A stretch of 64,000 bases of DNA from Eledone cirrhosa (GCA_964016885.1 OZ024741.1:137330001-137394000), one strand, 5' to 3'; counted from the stretch's first letter, positions 43,649-57,652 are shown. Numbers and translations are program-made. The notes: generated by a model from the sequence alone, not told the origin.

Positions 43649-46118
43649 GGTCCTCGACATACGGTAGTTCTTTATCCGGTAAATTCAGATACGATTTTGG
43701 GTAATTACTACCATCAATTCTATTTACGGTAAAAAAATTCACAGATACGGTTTTTGGTCGTGTTTTGCTTATATTGTACCGTAGTAAGCAATACATTTTC
43801 CCTTGAATTCGTGGAAACTGACTGTTATTCGAATTCTAGGAAAATTGTGTTACTACTGCTATCGTACTAACTGACCGTACCGAGAAACTGGCCAATCACG
43901 AGCGAGTTCAGATATCGTCGATGACGTCATAACTCTTAACTGATTGCTTCAGTTCGGCAAACTAGCGTGTCCTCTCAGTGAGAGAACTTTTGCCGAACTG
44001 AAGTGATCAGTTAAGAGTTATGACGTCATTCAAAGTAAGAGAAAACCCGACGGCGTGTTTTTGGAGCATAATTATCACGACATATCTTATAACCTCATAT
44101 CTCATGGCCCCAAACGTCCTGCGAATATTGCTGATGCAGATGGAAAGGCCAAACGCATGAGGAAGAACCTGACTTTGGAGATAAAGCTGGACATTTTGAA
44201 AAGGAAGGAACAGGGGAAAGGTACGTCCGCCATATGTCGTAACTTAGGCATAGCCCAGTCTACAGTCTGTACTGTTTTAAAAAATAGTGAGACTGTCAAA
44301 AAGGCTGGGGAGAATGCTAGGAGTCTACAGAGTATAAATTGTTGACCAAACATCGTGAGCCGATTATGGATAGGATGGAAAGGTTGCTCAAAATTTGGAT
44401 CGACGACCCAAATCGTCAAAATATGCCTCTGTCTTTAAATGTAATCAGTGAGAAAGCATTGTCCATTATTGACAGGCTCAAGACTGAAATGGGGGTGGAG
44501 GACTTTGTATTCAAGATAAGCAAAGGCTGGTTTGATAAGTTCAAACGACGTTCGAGTCTTCACAACATAAAAGTTACAGGTGAGGCTGCCAGTTCCGACA
44601 AAGAGAGTGCTGAAAAATTCAAGGCAGTGTTAGAGAAATGCATTGCAGAGAAGGGGTACAGCAAAAAACAGGTTATTAATTTTGATGAAACAGGACTTTA
44701 TTGGAAAAAGATGATCAGTAATAATTATATTGACAAGGAGGAGAAAAGTGGGAAGGGGTTCAAAGCCTCAAAGGACCGCGTTACTCTGTTACTTGGAGTG
44801 AATTCAGAAGGAGATTTAAAGCTAAAGCCACTCATTATCTACCATTCTGAAACTCCAAGAGCACTCAAGGGGTTACTTAAGCAATACCTACCAGTGATAT
44901 GGAAGTCTAATAAGAAGGCATGGCTGATCACTTCAATTCACCAGGATTTTTTCACCTCATATCTGTCACCAACCCTTAAGGAATATGCATTAGCTAACAA
45001 CATTGCCAACCGTTTTCTGCTATTAGTGGACAACGCCCCCAGCCACCCACGGGCAATGGAAGACTGTTCAGAAAATATTGAGGTTTTGTTTCTCCCCCCA
45101 AACACCACAGCTCTCATTCAGCCGATGGGTCAAACAGTCATCAAAACATTTAAGGCATACTACCAATGGAGAACCATGCAGTAGCTGATAAAGGGGACAG
45201 ATGGGCCTGACAGGCCCACGATCAGGGAATGGTGGAAATTGTACAACATCAAGCACGGCTTAGACAACATCAAGGCATCTTGGGAAGAAGTGAAGCAGTC
45301 TACCATGAACTTAGCCTGGAAGAAATTATGGCTAGCATGTGTGAATGACTTCCAAGGCTTTGTTGGTGCGATAATAATAGATATTGTAAATCTCTGCCAT
45401 AGAGCTGGCTTCGATGGTGTTAATGATGATGATGTGCAAGACCTTTTGGAAAGCCACACTGAACCACTCTCCAATGATGAACTCATAGAACTAGGGAAGG
45501 CGATACAGGAGACAGAAAAAGAAGAAGAGGAGGAAGAACAACATGTGCGTGGCTTGGACATAAAAACTCTAAGAGAATGTTTCGGCAGTATCGAAACAAC
45601 CTTAGAAACCCTGAAGGAGCGTGACCCCAACCTTGCTAGGAGCAGCAACGTGGCTCAAGATGTCGAGAAAAGCGTCAAGATTTACCAAGAAATGTATGAA
45701 GCCAAAAGAAACACCGCCAAACAGTCCTCCATCTACTCTTTCTTCAAGCCAGTCACACCTGCCAACCGTGCTACAGCTGTCCCTTCAACATCCATTGCAG
45801 TCAACGAGTTTGTTGGGTTTGAGCCTCCCACATCACCCCCATCTTCCCCTGCCAACTCAGCCGAAGATGAGTAAGGGCTGAAACCCATACTGTCCCTTAG
45901 CCTCGGGAGGGACAAATGAAGAGGCACATCATCTGGCGGCATGTGTAAGGTACAGTAAATAAAAAAAACATTATTTCTTTTCTGTAGGGATGACTTTTTC
46001 GGTGTGCTGGAACGCATCCCTATCTATTTCATGTTATAATGGGTTCTTTATACGGTAATTCGATAAACGGTAAGGGTTTCAGGAACGCATATATATACCG
46101 TATATCAAGGAATCACTG
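43644..46118 (+). mobile_element. Tigger/pogo DNA transposon, full length but inactivated
   Basis: TIRs caatgggtcctcgacatacgg and ccgtatatcaaggaatcactg. Inserted in (TA)n, with a transposase inside. Confidence 0.92.
44104..45874 (+). pseudogene. Tigger-family transposase (CENP-B HTH plus DDE_1), disrupted
   Basis: RKNLTLEIKLDIL, SKGWFDKFKRR, NFDETGLYWK, LVDNAPSHP and IQPMGQ (third catalytic D changed to G). Frameshift near 44340 and in-frame stop at 45182-45184. Confidence 0.9.
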
Positions 46119-46299
46119 TGTATATATAATTATATATATATATATTTAATTATATATATACTGTACTCGTTTGTGTTCTATTTCTCTATCCACCTTTATG
46201 AAAGGATGATCGATTAAAGTGGACGAAATAGTAAACAAATGTATAAATACATTTTTTTCTTGATTTCGTGACATGAGAGTTTCTATTAGAATTAATTGG

Positions 46300-46395
<96 letters not shown>

Positions 46396-46539
46396 GTAAG
46401 TATAATATACACACATGTATGTATATAACTATATATGTTATATATATGCATATTTTATATTTGCACACATATATTACACCACCACCCACACACACACATA
46501 TATACACGTGTATGACTGTCGGAAACACAATATGCCTGC

Positions 46540-46571
<32 letters not shown>

Positions 46572-47479
46572 ATATAACATGACACTAATACACTTACAAC
46601 TTACCAAATAAAATAAAATTAATACCACAATGGTACACATCTCTTAAAAACAGGGAATTTTTCTTTTGGAAGATGATACAAAACAATAACAAAGCGGAGA
46701 TCTATGAAAAATGGATTAAATCATCCCCATTAATCATCCCCCGCAAACTACAAATTAAATCCATCCCAAACGAACCAGAGACACAAAGACGCCTCAGGGA
46801 AAGAATGGCACTTGATAACATAAAAAACCGAAATTGAACTCCTTAAATTGAGAGTCCAAGCAAATGAAAATAGGATCAAATCAATCGACGATGAGATTAA
46901 TCAAGCAATTATCAATAAAACCAAAGACACCACCCAAGAAAATATTTCAAAATTATGGTTAGAGGACTGTAATAAGGAAGAATTAAAATCCCTTCAACGT
47001 TGGGAAATAAACGAAACCTGTTCTCTAACTATGAAACACTTTTCCAAAAAGAACACACATCTAAGAACCCCTTCATTAAAACCATAATAACAAGAAAACC
47101 CAATCAACACCCAAACACCACACAACAACCAACAACAACAACAAAAAAACAATACCTCCCCACATACCAAAAAAAGAAGGCATCACCTCGCCCCTACCTC
47201 CTACTCCCTCCACATAACTGCCACACGGATGCCCAAGCAACAAATATAGTAATAGAGAAACATCAGCTACAAGATAGACACTACAACTTCTCTCCTACCA
47301 GGAAAAACCATAGAATCCTCCACACTTACAAGCCCCCTAACATCCCCACACAACAAACCCACAACCATCATTACTTTGAACATAGAACCCAAAATACACA
47401 AGTACCACACATGCCACATAGGGCCTCAAAACCACACACCAACTATAAGGAAGCCCTAATCGACCCTCCCTCACTAACC

Positions 47480-47890
47480 ACATCCTACTACAACAACACC
47501 AGCAGGGGGCAATACAATCACACCAGACACCCTAACCACCACAACCACCACAACTACACACTACACAACAACAACAGCAGGACTCAATATAACCACACAA
47601 GACAACCCTACTACAACTACCACCAAGTCTACACACCCTACAACAACAACAGTGCTCAGCACAACCATACGATACAACCCAACTTTAACAACCACCACAA
47701 CTTCACACCCTATAACCACGTCCATCAAATCTACACACCCTACAACAACATCAGCAGGGCTCAATACAACCACACGATACAACCTAACTTCAACAACCAC
47801 CACAGCTACACACCATCTAACAACAACAACAGGGGCCAATACAACCGTAAGAGACATCCAAACTTCAACAGCCACCACAACTTCCGTAAT
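47480..47890 (+). repeat. Coding-type tandem repeat of about 60 nt in the PLE N-terminal region
   Basis: YNNNSR(G/A)QYNHT..PNFNNHHNYTP repeated about six times in ORF 47000..47932. Confidence 0.8.
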
Positions 47891-50494
47891 CATTTTTTAG
47901 ACACAGCACACAGACACAGGATAACAAGATAACACAAAACACACAGGAGACACAAAATGTAAAAGAATTTGTTATTTGTTAATTTAACCTCTAAAGAATT
48001 AACAACAGACCAAATCAACATACTCTCCAAAGGTCTAAAATTTACACCAACTCCCCAACAACCAAACTACCCCGAAATGAAGGAAGATATTGCAGAATTC
48101 TGTAGAAAACTAAGACTCAGCGAGCTACTATACGACAAATAAAATGAGGATGACTCAATAGCCAGAAATAGAAGCAACTACACCCCACCAAAAGGCAGAT
48201 AAAGGGGGTGCAGTAGTCCTTATGGGGACAGATTATTACACGACTCTAGTACTCTCAACTCTAGAAAACCAAACATATTATGAAAAGGCCCAACACTACA
48301 CACAACAGAAAATAATGAGAAACCTAAAATCCCTAACAACCCTTTACAAAGAAGGCCTTACAGACAAGGAATACAACTATATCACCAATTTCAAAAGCAG
48401 AACCAGCCTCTTCTACGGTATCCCAAAGACACAAAATCGATGTAATAGGTAGGGCCTGCAAGCAAGCCACAGACATTTACGTCAATATAGCCCCTCCTGA
48501 TGACCTTAAATTAAGACCCATAATAGCAGGTACCACATGTGAAACCCACCGCCTAAGCAATTTCCTAGATATTCTGCTTAAACCTTTCCTAAAACACATA
48601 AAAAGCTTCATAAGGGACGACCTTGACATGCTCAACCACCTCCCAACAACACTCAATAATGAACATACCTTACTAGTAACCTTTGATGTCATCAATTTAT
48701 ATTCCAATATCCCACACAACCTAGGTATAGAGGCAATACAATTCTGGCTCGGAAATTTCCCTAGTGAACTTCCACAGCGCATCCCTAAAGAATTTGTGTT
48801 GGAGGGACTCAAATTCATCTTGGAAAACAATTTCTTCGAATTCAATGCCAAATACTACAGACAGAAATCTGGGACTGCCATGGGCACGAAAGTAGCCCCT
48901 CATACGCCAACCTTGTCATGGGATATTTGGAAACCACTCTCTACCGCAAAGTTCTAGACAAATACGGCAACCGCTTCTACCAACACATAGAAAAGAACTG
49001 GAAGAGATATCTGGACGACTGCTTCATCCTCTGGCATGAAAGTATAGATAGACTGATTGAGTTTAAAACCCTTCTGAATGGAGTGAACACAAACTTAAAT
49101 TTAAAATGGATTACAGCCACGAACAACTCCCTTTCCTCGACATCCTCATCAAGAAAACAAACAACAAAATAGAAACAGACATATACTACAAACCCACAGA
49201 CTCCAAACAATACCTTCCATTCAACTCGTGCCACCCTAGACGCACCAAAATGGCAATTTCTTATAACCTAGCCAGAAGGATCTGCACAATAGTTTCAGAT
49301 AAATACACATGCTACACACGACTAGAAGAATTAAAAAACACACTTCTGAGCAGAAACTACCCACCATCCCTGATCAACAAGGGATTCCAACGTGCCCTAA
49401 AACTCGACATCCAGGAACTCAGACACCCCAAACCCAAGAATGAACCGCAACAGAAAACTCTACCATACATCTCCACACACAACCCCCTCAACAATGAGGC
49501 ATTCGACACCATCCTCCAGAACATTCCCTTACTAAAAAGAGACCCACGAATGAACAAAATCGTCCAAACACACAACATCATAAAGAGCAAAAGACAACCT
49601 AAATCCATAAAAAACATCCTCACACAAGCCCAAATCCAACAAACCCTTACAATGATCCCTACAGTAATAAAATGCGGAAGGTCCAACTGTGGCATATGCA
49701 TAAATCTAATAGGGGGGTTCAACATTCCATTTTAAACAAGGACAACATTTCACAGTTAAACACAACTTTACATGTGCATCTGAAAACCTAATCTATGTTT
49801 TGACCTGCTCAAGTTGTCAAGAGCACTACATAGGACAGACAAAAAACGTATGACCGTCCATAAATCACAAATCAAAATACAGGAATACAGAAAGATTGCG
49901 TTTAGTGAACATATCGCCAATTGTGCACCCAACCAACATCTAAACTTTAAAATTTCCTCATTTACAAATTCATAGACAACGCTACTTTCATCCATCGTAC
50001 CAATAAGGAAACGTATTTCATTAACAAATTCCAACCTCTACTTAATGCACTAAACTTCGGATTAAACTAAAACTGGAACGAATAATCAAACATTTACAAA
50101 TACCTATGTCTCTCTAAAGAGTTACCTCCCTCACACTCTACCTAATCCTTTTGCTTAAATAAATTAAATATCATCCAGCATGAATTATCTCCCCCTGCAT
50201 ATTAACTCTCTAAAAAGGGAAATAATATCAAACCCCAGTTCACCATTTGCCTCCATCATGGATCAACTAAGCGCTCTTGCTATATTAACACATTTTGATC
50301 TGCTTATCTTCAAGAACTATGCCTGTAAATAACATTATTTTTTCTTTCATATTGCCTTATTATGCTCCACATTACGCTCCTTTTTTTCTTTTTTCTTTTC
50401 ACTTCATAAACCTTGTTTGTAAATAACATTATTCTTTCTGCACCATTTCTTTAATATGTCCAACACCACCATTCTACACCAATACATATTATTA

Positions 50495-50535
50495 TCATTT
50501 GATAATGCATAAAAATGCTGAAACCGGTAATAGAA
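50495..50535 (+). ncRNA. U3-A8 variant hammerhead-like motif in the PLE 3' region
   Basis: at-TTGATAA-tgcat-aaaa-atgct-GAAAC-CG-GTA-at, then AATAAA repeats. Stem I is weak. Confidence 0.6.
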
Positions 50536-50722
50536 AATTATTAAATATATAAATAAATAAATAAATGCCATTGTTAATTAATAAATAAATCAACAAATAC
50601 CTTAACACTTCACACAAAGTAAAATATTTCGTTTTAATCATTTTATAACCCAGAAAAAAGAGAGAGAAAAATAAAAAGGGAAAAAAAATATTTTTCTTCC
50701 TAATAATCGTCTTTTTCTCCCT

Positions 50723-50798
<76 letters not shown>

Positions 50799-51198
50799 GT
50801 ACACAATATAGATCTCCTGGCCTATTCAGTTTCTAGCAGTTCCATATTCATGGAAACCTAGGATTACAGGGTATATATGTAAGCAACACTATCGAGGCAA
50901 TACTGTGTTGGTGTTTATATATATCCCGTAACAGAGAAATGATTCAGGTAGGAAAAATCGGCGAAGAACCACAAATATTTTCAATTTGTTGTTTATTTCA
51001 ACATGCAAAGTTCACGAAATGCAGAATTTTACGTTGAAAATATCTTCAGGAAGTGATTTGCTATATATTTGCTATATATGAATAAATTCTTTCTTGCGAA
51101 ACCATTAGCACAAAGTGAAAAGGATCTGATTTTGAGTAGGAACACTCACACGCGTGCGCGCACACATATGCACACATGTACAGATAAAAATATGCGCA

Positions 51199-51277
<79 letters not shown>

Positions 51278-51366
51278 ACAGACACACATACTCAAATGTT
51301 TTACAAAGCGAGTAGCAATATTGGCATTTCGAAAACTTTAGCATATATATATATATATATATATAT

Positions 51367-51514
51367 AGTCATGTTCTAAATCTAAACAGACATACAGGTA
51401 CACATGTGCGTGTGTATATATATGTGTATATATGTGTATATATATATATATGTGTATATATATATATATATCTGTATATATGTGTATATATATATATGTG
51501 TATATATGTGTATA

Positions 51515-51604
<90 letters not shown>

Positions 51605-51727
51605 TATACACATATATACACATATATAGATATAGATATACACATATATATATATACACATATATACACATATATATATACACGCACATGTGTACCTGTA
51701 TGTCTGTTTAGATTTAGAACATGACTA
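51367..51727. repeat. Palindrome centred on (TA)n
   Basis: tagtcatgttctaaatctaaacagacatacaggtacacatgtgcgtgt is mirrored at 51679-51727, and the TA/TG microsatellite pattern is mirrored too. Confidence 0.9.
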
Positions 51728-52079
51728 AACGTATACTTAAATGTTTTTCGCGAATTTTTTCAAGACCTCGAAATATATTTAACGTTGGAAATAAATTGTA
51801 GACCGCGTCTAATTTTTTGTTTTCTTCACTTTGTAAAAAAATTGATGACCACTCGAAACCTAGATATCTTTGGCAGTAAAACATAAAGCCTGGAAACCTG
51901 CAATATTTTGCAGAAAGTCATGTTTGCAACAGGACATGTGTTGAAGAATATCTAACGTCTAATTACGCAAATATATGAAATATATGCACCGACATGCACG
52001 CACTCAGATAGACAGAAAAACAAAAACAAAAACGAACATGCATATATTTGTGTGTATCTCTCCCCCATCTCTCTCTCTC

Positions 52080-52122
<43 letters not shown>

Positions 52123-52124
<2 letters not shown>

Positions 52125-55100
52125 TCATCATCATCATCATAATCATTTTACGTCCACTTTTCCCTGCTTGCAAGGGTGGGACGGGTCTTATTCAGCACAG
52201 CATCTCTCCACTTGTCACGGTCCTTCGCGTGAGTTTCAGCAATCTGAGGTCTGCTCTCACCACCTCCGCCCATGTTTTTCGTGCTCTAACTCTACCACGT
52301 CTTCCTTCAACTGGCATTTCCTGGCACTTCTTCACCCATCGGTCATCCTCCATGCGCATCACATATCCATACCACCGCAGTCTCCTCTCTCGCACACTAC
52401 ATTCTATCCCTCTAAGACACAGTTTTTCTCTTACCACATCCATGCTAGATCGTTCACGCACATTGACATTGAACATCCAACGGAGCATGCTTGCCTCATT
52501 TCTCTCCAGCCGTCGCATATCCTCTGCAGTTGCTGCTCAAGTCTCACTACCATGCAGCATCGCGTTCCTCACACAAGCATCATATAACCGGCCTTTTGTA
52601 CGCAGGGAGAAACCCTTCTTCGTCAGTAGAGGAAGCAGCTCGCTAAACTTCTTCCAACCCGTCCTTATTCTAGATACTATGACCTTGGAACACCCCCTCA
52701 CATGCTAATCTGATCTCCTAGGTACCGGAAGCTATCAACCACTTCTATAGCACCCACCTGCATTTGAAAAATGTGTCTACCAATGCGACTTCTACTGTCT
52801 AATTTCCCTGTACATCTACTGCATACGTATTTCTCCCTACCTGTTGGTTTGCCTGCTATCCCACTACATCTCTTGTGTACCCAGGATCTGCATTGTGTGC
52901 ATTTTATAGAATTTATGCCAGTTCCTTTTCTGCATATCGAACATGGCCATTTCCCTGACGGAATCAGCGTGTTGTGTTCTTTTCTACTCACCAACACTTT
53001 TGTCTTAGCTAGGTTCACCCTCAGTCCTCTTGCTTCCAACTGCTGTTTACATAGCCAAAATTTATTCTTTAGCTCCTCTACTGATTCTGCTATAAGAACC
53101 AGATCGTCAGCATAGAGAAGTTCCCATGGACAGCCAGTCTTAAACTCCTCTGTTATGGCTTGGAGGACTATAATGGACAAGAGCGGGCTGAGGACAGAAC
53201 TCTGATCTACACCTACTTATATCTGGAATTCCTCACTAAACTCAATTCCCACCCTCACTTTATTGACAGCACCTCTGTACAAAGTTTGCACTGTCCTCAC
53301 AAGCCATTCCTCAACACCTAGTTTCCTTAGGGCCCACCGGATGAGAGATCGGGGTACCCTATCAAAGGCCTTCTCTAGGTCAACAAAAGCTAAGTATAGT
53401 GGCTTATTCTTTTCTAAGAACCTCTCTTGTAGTTGTCTCACCAAGAAGAGGGCATCTGTTGTACAAAACGAAACTGCATCTCATCTAGTTTGACCCTTTC
53501 TCTAATTAGTTGTGCTAATATCCGTTCTGCCACTTTCATAACCTGATCCACCAGTTTTATACCCCTATAATTGCTCCTTTCCAGAGCATCCTCTTTACCT
53601 TTGTAGCAATTTATGAGAATACTGCTGCACCAGTCTTTGGGTATGACACCGCCATATATAGCCTGATTGATGATGCGTGCAACCAGTTTAGTGCCTACGT
53701 CCCCTGATGCCTTCAGCATCTCAGCAACTATCCCCGACGGTCCAGTGGCCTTACCACTTTTCATTTCCTTAATCGCTTCTTGGATCTTATATTCGTCAAT
53801 CTCAATAGCTGGTCCCTCTGTCGGATCTACTGAGGGTAATTCCTCTCTCTCCCATTCGTTCTCCACATTCATAAGTCTCTCATAATGACATTTCCAGGCC
53901 TCCTTTTTCTGATTATTCGTGATACTAAGTACACTGGAATCATCCCGAACACATTTATCTCCAACAACATCCTGGTTTGCATTGACACACTGCCTTGCAA
54001 TGTGGAACACCGCACGTCTCTGATCTTCCAGTAGCAAACACCCTACTCTCAGCCGCCCTGCGTGCTAAGTACACCTGACGTCTAGCTTCTCTCTTAGCGG
54101 CTGTATATCCTTCTCTATTCTCACTCTTTTTCCAAGCCTTCCATGCTAGTCTTTTGTCTCTAATGGCCCTATCTACCGTGCTGTTCCACCACCAGGTCAC
54201 TCTCTGTCTGGTTGGAGCTCTGCTCCAGCCACAAGTTTCATCAGTATCCTGCAGTAAGTTGTCACGTAAGAAATTCCAGTTATCATCTATGTCATACGAC
54301 TCTAAATCGTCTTCTTTTTCGTCATACACACCTTGAAGGGCTTTCCTAAATTTATATTTTAGTGAACAGTCTTTTAGCTTCCAAACCTTTCTTCTCCACA
54401 CCTTCCTGTATGTCTCAGTCCGTCTCTTGCTTACTGAGATATCACTAACGACTAACCTATGCTGTGGGGTACATTCTTCCCCAGAGTATGCCTTGGTATT
54501 TGACACTATCTGCCTGTCCCGCTGCCAAACTAGTAAGAAGTCAATCTGGCTAATGTGCTCGCCTGATTTGTAGGTTATTAGGTGGTTGGTAGGCTTCTGG
54601 AAGTTAGTGTTGCAAATGGTTAGTGCTGCAAATGGTTTGTGGATTTGCATCACAAAATTCAAGAAGTCTCACTTCTTCTTCATTTCTTGAGCCGTAACCT
54701 TGCCCACCATGTACCCCAGTGTAACCATCCTGGAGCTGTCCAACATGACCTTTGAAGTCTCCTGCTAGCATAACGATGACTTCGTCTTCTGTGATTGCGG
54801 CTGTTTGTAAAAGTTGCTCGTAAAAGCAGTCTTTCTCTTCTTTACCTAGGCCTGCTTGTGGAGCATAGGCAGATATGATTGTCAGTAGTCTCCTGTCTAC
54901 AACTAATCTAAGCTTAATTATTCTATTATTAACTCGAACTACCTCTAGTGTCTTATTAATCCATTTCTCAGCCAGGAAAATCCCCCTAACCCATCAACCT
55001 GCCCAGAAAAGCTTATAACTAAGATGTTTGCCTGCGATTAGTCTTGCAGAGGCACCTCTCCATCTCACCTCTTGCACGCAGCACACATCCACATGCCTTC

Positions 55101-55490
55101 TCTCCAGCATCTCCGCTATTTCACTAGATCTACCTCTGAGAGTGCCAACATTAAGTGTTGCAACTCTGAGATGCGACGTCTTCATATTTTTGTTGTTCCT
55201 TTTCCTGTAGTGCGATTGCTTGAAGACGGTCGGGAGGTTCTCGCACATGGCCGCAGCAGCCATCCCAGTACCGTGCGCAGCCCTAACATGGTTAGTGCTA
55301 ATGCTGTTTACGCAGTTATTGCGATATATATTTGTTGTGCTCATAATTGTTTTGACATTAATACACTGGTTGGATGCCCTTCCTAACACCAGTGCCACTT
55401 TACAGCATGGACTGGGTGCTTTTATTCGTGCCACCAGCACTAGAGAGGATGTCTTACTGGACTCATGGGCTCTCTCTACCCCTCCATTTT
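52123..55490 (-). mobile_element. Near full-length RTE-clade LINE, frameshifted, with (GAT)n tail
   Basis: APE LRVATLNVGTLRGR..CVQEVRW; RT AFVDLEKAFDRVPR and LLYADDL; C-terminus RRLRWYGYVMRM. The 5' region contains ggtgttaggaagggcatccaacc. Confidence 0.93.
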
Positions 55491-55934
55491 ACAGCATGGT
55501 CATAACAATAATAACAATAACAATAACACTATTAATAGTTATTGATTAATGTAATCGTGCAATGCCTGTGCGTGAAGAATATTTTTAAAGTGAGGGAAGA
55601 CTGTGCACTGAGCCAATCTCACTCTCTGAGCGACAGTAGCTATAACCCGAACAGAAGAAAAGATCTAAATCATTGGTAACTACTGAGCCGCAGGTTTTAT
55701 GTCGGATTAACCCAGTTTCCTGAGATGGCTTCTCCTAGAAGAATGCTCTGACAAGGGCTAGGGGTCCTTCACTCCCAGTGGTTTAACTGCGCGATCGGGT
55801 ATCCAACCCTATTATTTCTATGTCCTCCGCGTAAATATATATATATATGTATATATGTAAAAGGTAAACAAAAATAACAACACAGTATACGAAAGGAATA
55901 TATTAGGTTAACGCTTAAAATAGCAGGAAGAGGG

Positions 55935-55970
55935 TCTTGACGTTTCGGACGCTAGTTCTTCATCAGAAGA
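55935..55970 (-). ncRNA. Ultra-minimal hammerhead motif (degenerate relative at 17635-17672)
   Basis: tctt-CTGATGA-agaactagcgtcc-GAAAC-GTC-aaga. Confidence 0.72.
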
Positions 55971-56164
55971 AAGAATGAGAAATAAGATAGATTGAAGGGA
56001 CGGGCGGGTTTGAATTGGAAAAAATGTCTTTAGATAAAAAATAACAGGTCCATTCATATATACATATATATATATGTATATATGAATGGACCTGTTATAT
56101 ATATATATTTATATAAAATAAAGTTAAATAAAAGTCAAATGATTAAAATTTAGCTTCGTTTATT

Positions 56165-56219
56165 ACTGCTATATATATTTCAGTGACAGCCATCTTTGGC
56201 TGTGACCTCTTCAGGCAGT
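56165..56219 (-). ncRNA. Minimal type I hammerhead ribozyme
   Basis: actgc-CTGAAGA-ggtcacagcca-aaga-tggctgtcact-GAAAT-ATAT-ATA-gcagt-AATAAA, with a perfect 5-bp stem I. Confidence 0.85.
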
Positions 56220-56367
56220 TTGAATTAGTATGGTATAAACAAGTACATATGTTGTTTAGGTGTATAATATTGTCAATACTCTGATATGCCCAGTTCCTTG
56301 TTGGGTTGTTATTTCACTGAGGAACTGGAGTCATACTGAGGTGTTGGTATACAACCAACATAAACTC

Positions 56368-56487
<120 letters not shown>

Positions 56488-57016
56488 TATATATATATAT
56501 ATATGAATATACATATGCGTGAGTGTGTCTCCCCGCCTCTCTCTCTATATATACATTTGTTTCCAGTTTCAGCGTTCTGAATTCAAACCTCACTGAGGTT
56601 CACTTTGCCTTTCATCCGTCCAGACATCCCACACTATGCAAACCCCTCCATACCATCACCAACACATACAATGAGACCACCAAACCATAGCACACCACAT
56701 CACACCACACCATACCACACTGACAGCATATATTTATGCTACGTTGAAGTAAGCTACCAAATTTGGTTTATAAACGATGAATTACTATATAACTATGTAA
56801 CCACCATGTTTCCTATTAAAACCAGCATCAATGTAGCGGGTTATTAGTTATATTATACTGTAGATATAATAATTTGTCATTAATCAATAAAAAAACAACA
56901 ACATATCTATAGTTGGAACGACGTAACGATGTCTGCTGGAAAAAAATAACAAAAAACTGAGGAGTGGTTTGTATTTGTTTTATATGTATTTGTGCATGTG
57001 TGTGCTTCTACGTAAG

Positions 57017-57096
<80 letters not shown>

Positions 57097-57211
57097 CTAA
57101 TAACATTCGCAAAATAGTTCAACATCATACATGTATGCATATTTCATACCCTCTTACACAACGTCAAATGCACATATACACATACACTCATACGTGCGCA
57201 CACATATGCAA

Positions 57212-57288
<77 letters not shown>

Positions 57289-57509
57289 CACGCGTATATT
57301 ATGTTGTTGCAAGAGTTAAGTTATGTACTGAAAATAGCATCATTATATTACATAAAAAACGATAAGTGTCTGAAGACAACGTAAATTCTTTAAAAAAAAT
57401 TATTAGAATTAAGAAGTCTTAGAAGCAGAAATACATTTCATTGAATATGATGCCGCACCATTTCACACACACTCATATACATACACAGACACAGACACCC
57501 AACCATATA

Positions 57510-57565
<56 letters not shown>

Positions 57566-57652
57566 TTTACCGTTAACCATCATTCTTTTATAAGATTCAG
57601 ACTATGATGTTTGTTAGTGGGTCAAAAGCTTCTTGTGATTATACCCCCCCCC

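Larger units (their letters stand above)
41504..46301. repeat. Nested giant inverted repeat centred near 42889, right arm interrupted by Tigger
   Basis: 41504-41636 mirrors 46162-46301; about 41875-42465 mirrors 43125-43605; about 42770-42888 mirrors 42891-43010. Confidence 0.9.
46600..50727 (+). mobile_element. Penelope-like element, near full length, frameshifted
   Basis: LSKGLKFTPTP, ADKGGAVV, LVTFDVINLYSNIP, GTAMGTK, RYLDD, PFLD and YYKPTD RT motifs. GIY-YIG endonuclease TCASENLIYVLTCSSCQEHYIGQT at about 49770-49840. Flanked by (TA)n. Confidence 0.92.

Noticed and set aside
41504-46301. Giant palindrome as a pure assembly artefact
   Set aside because: The outer arms differ by many substitutions and indels, and one arm carries a Tigger insertion.
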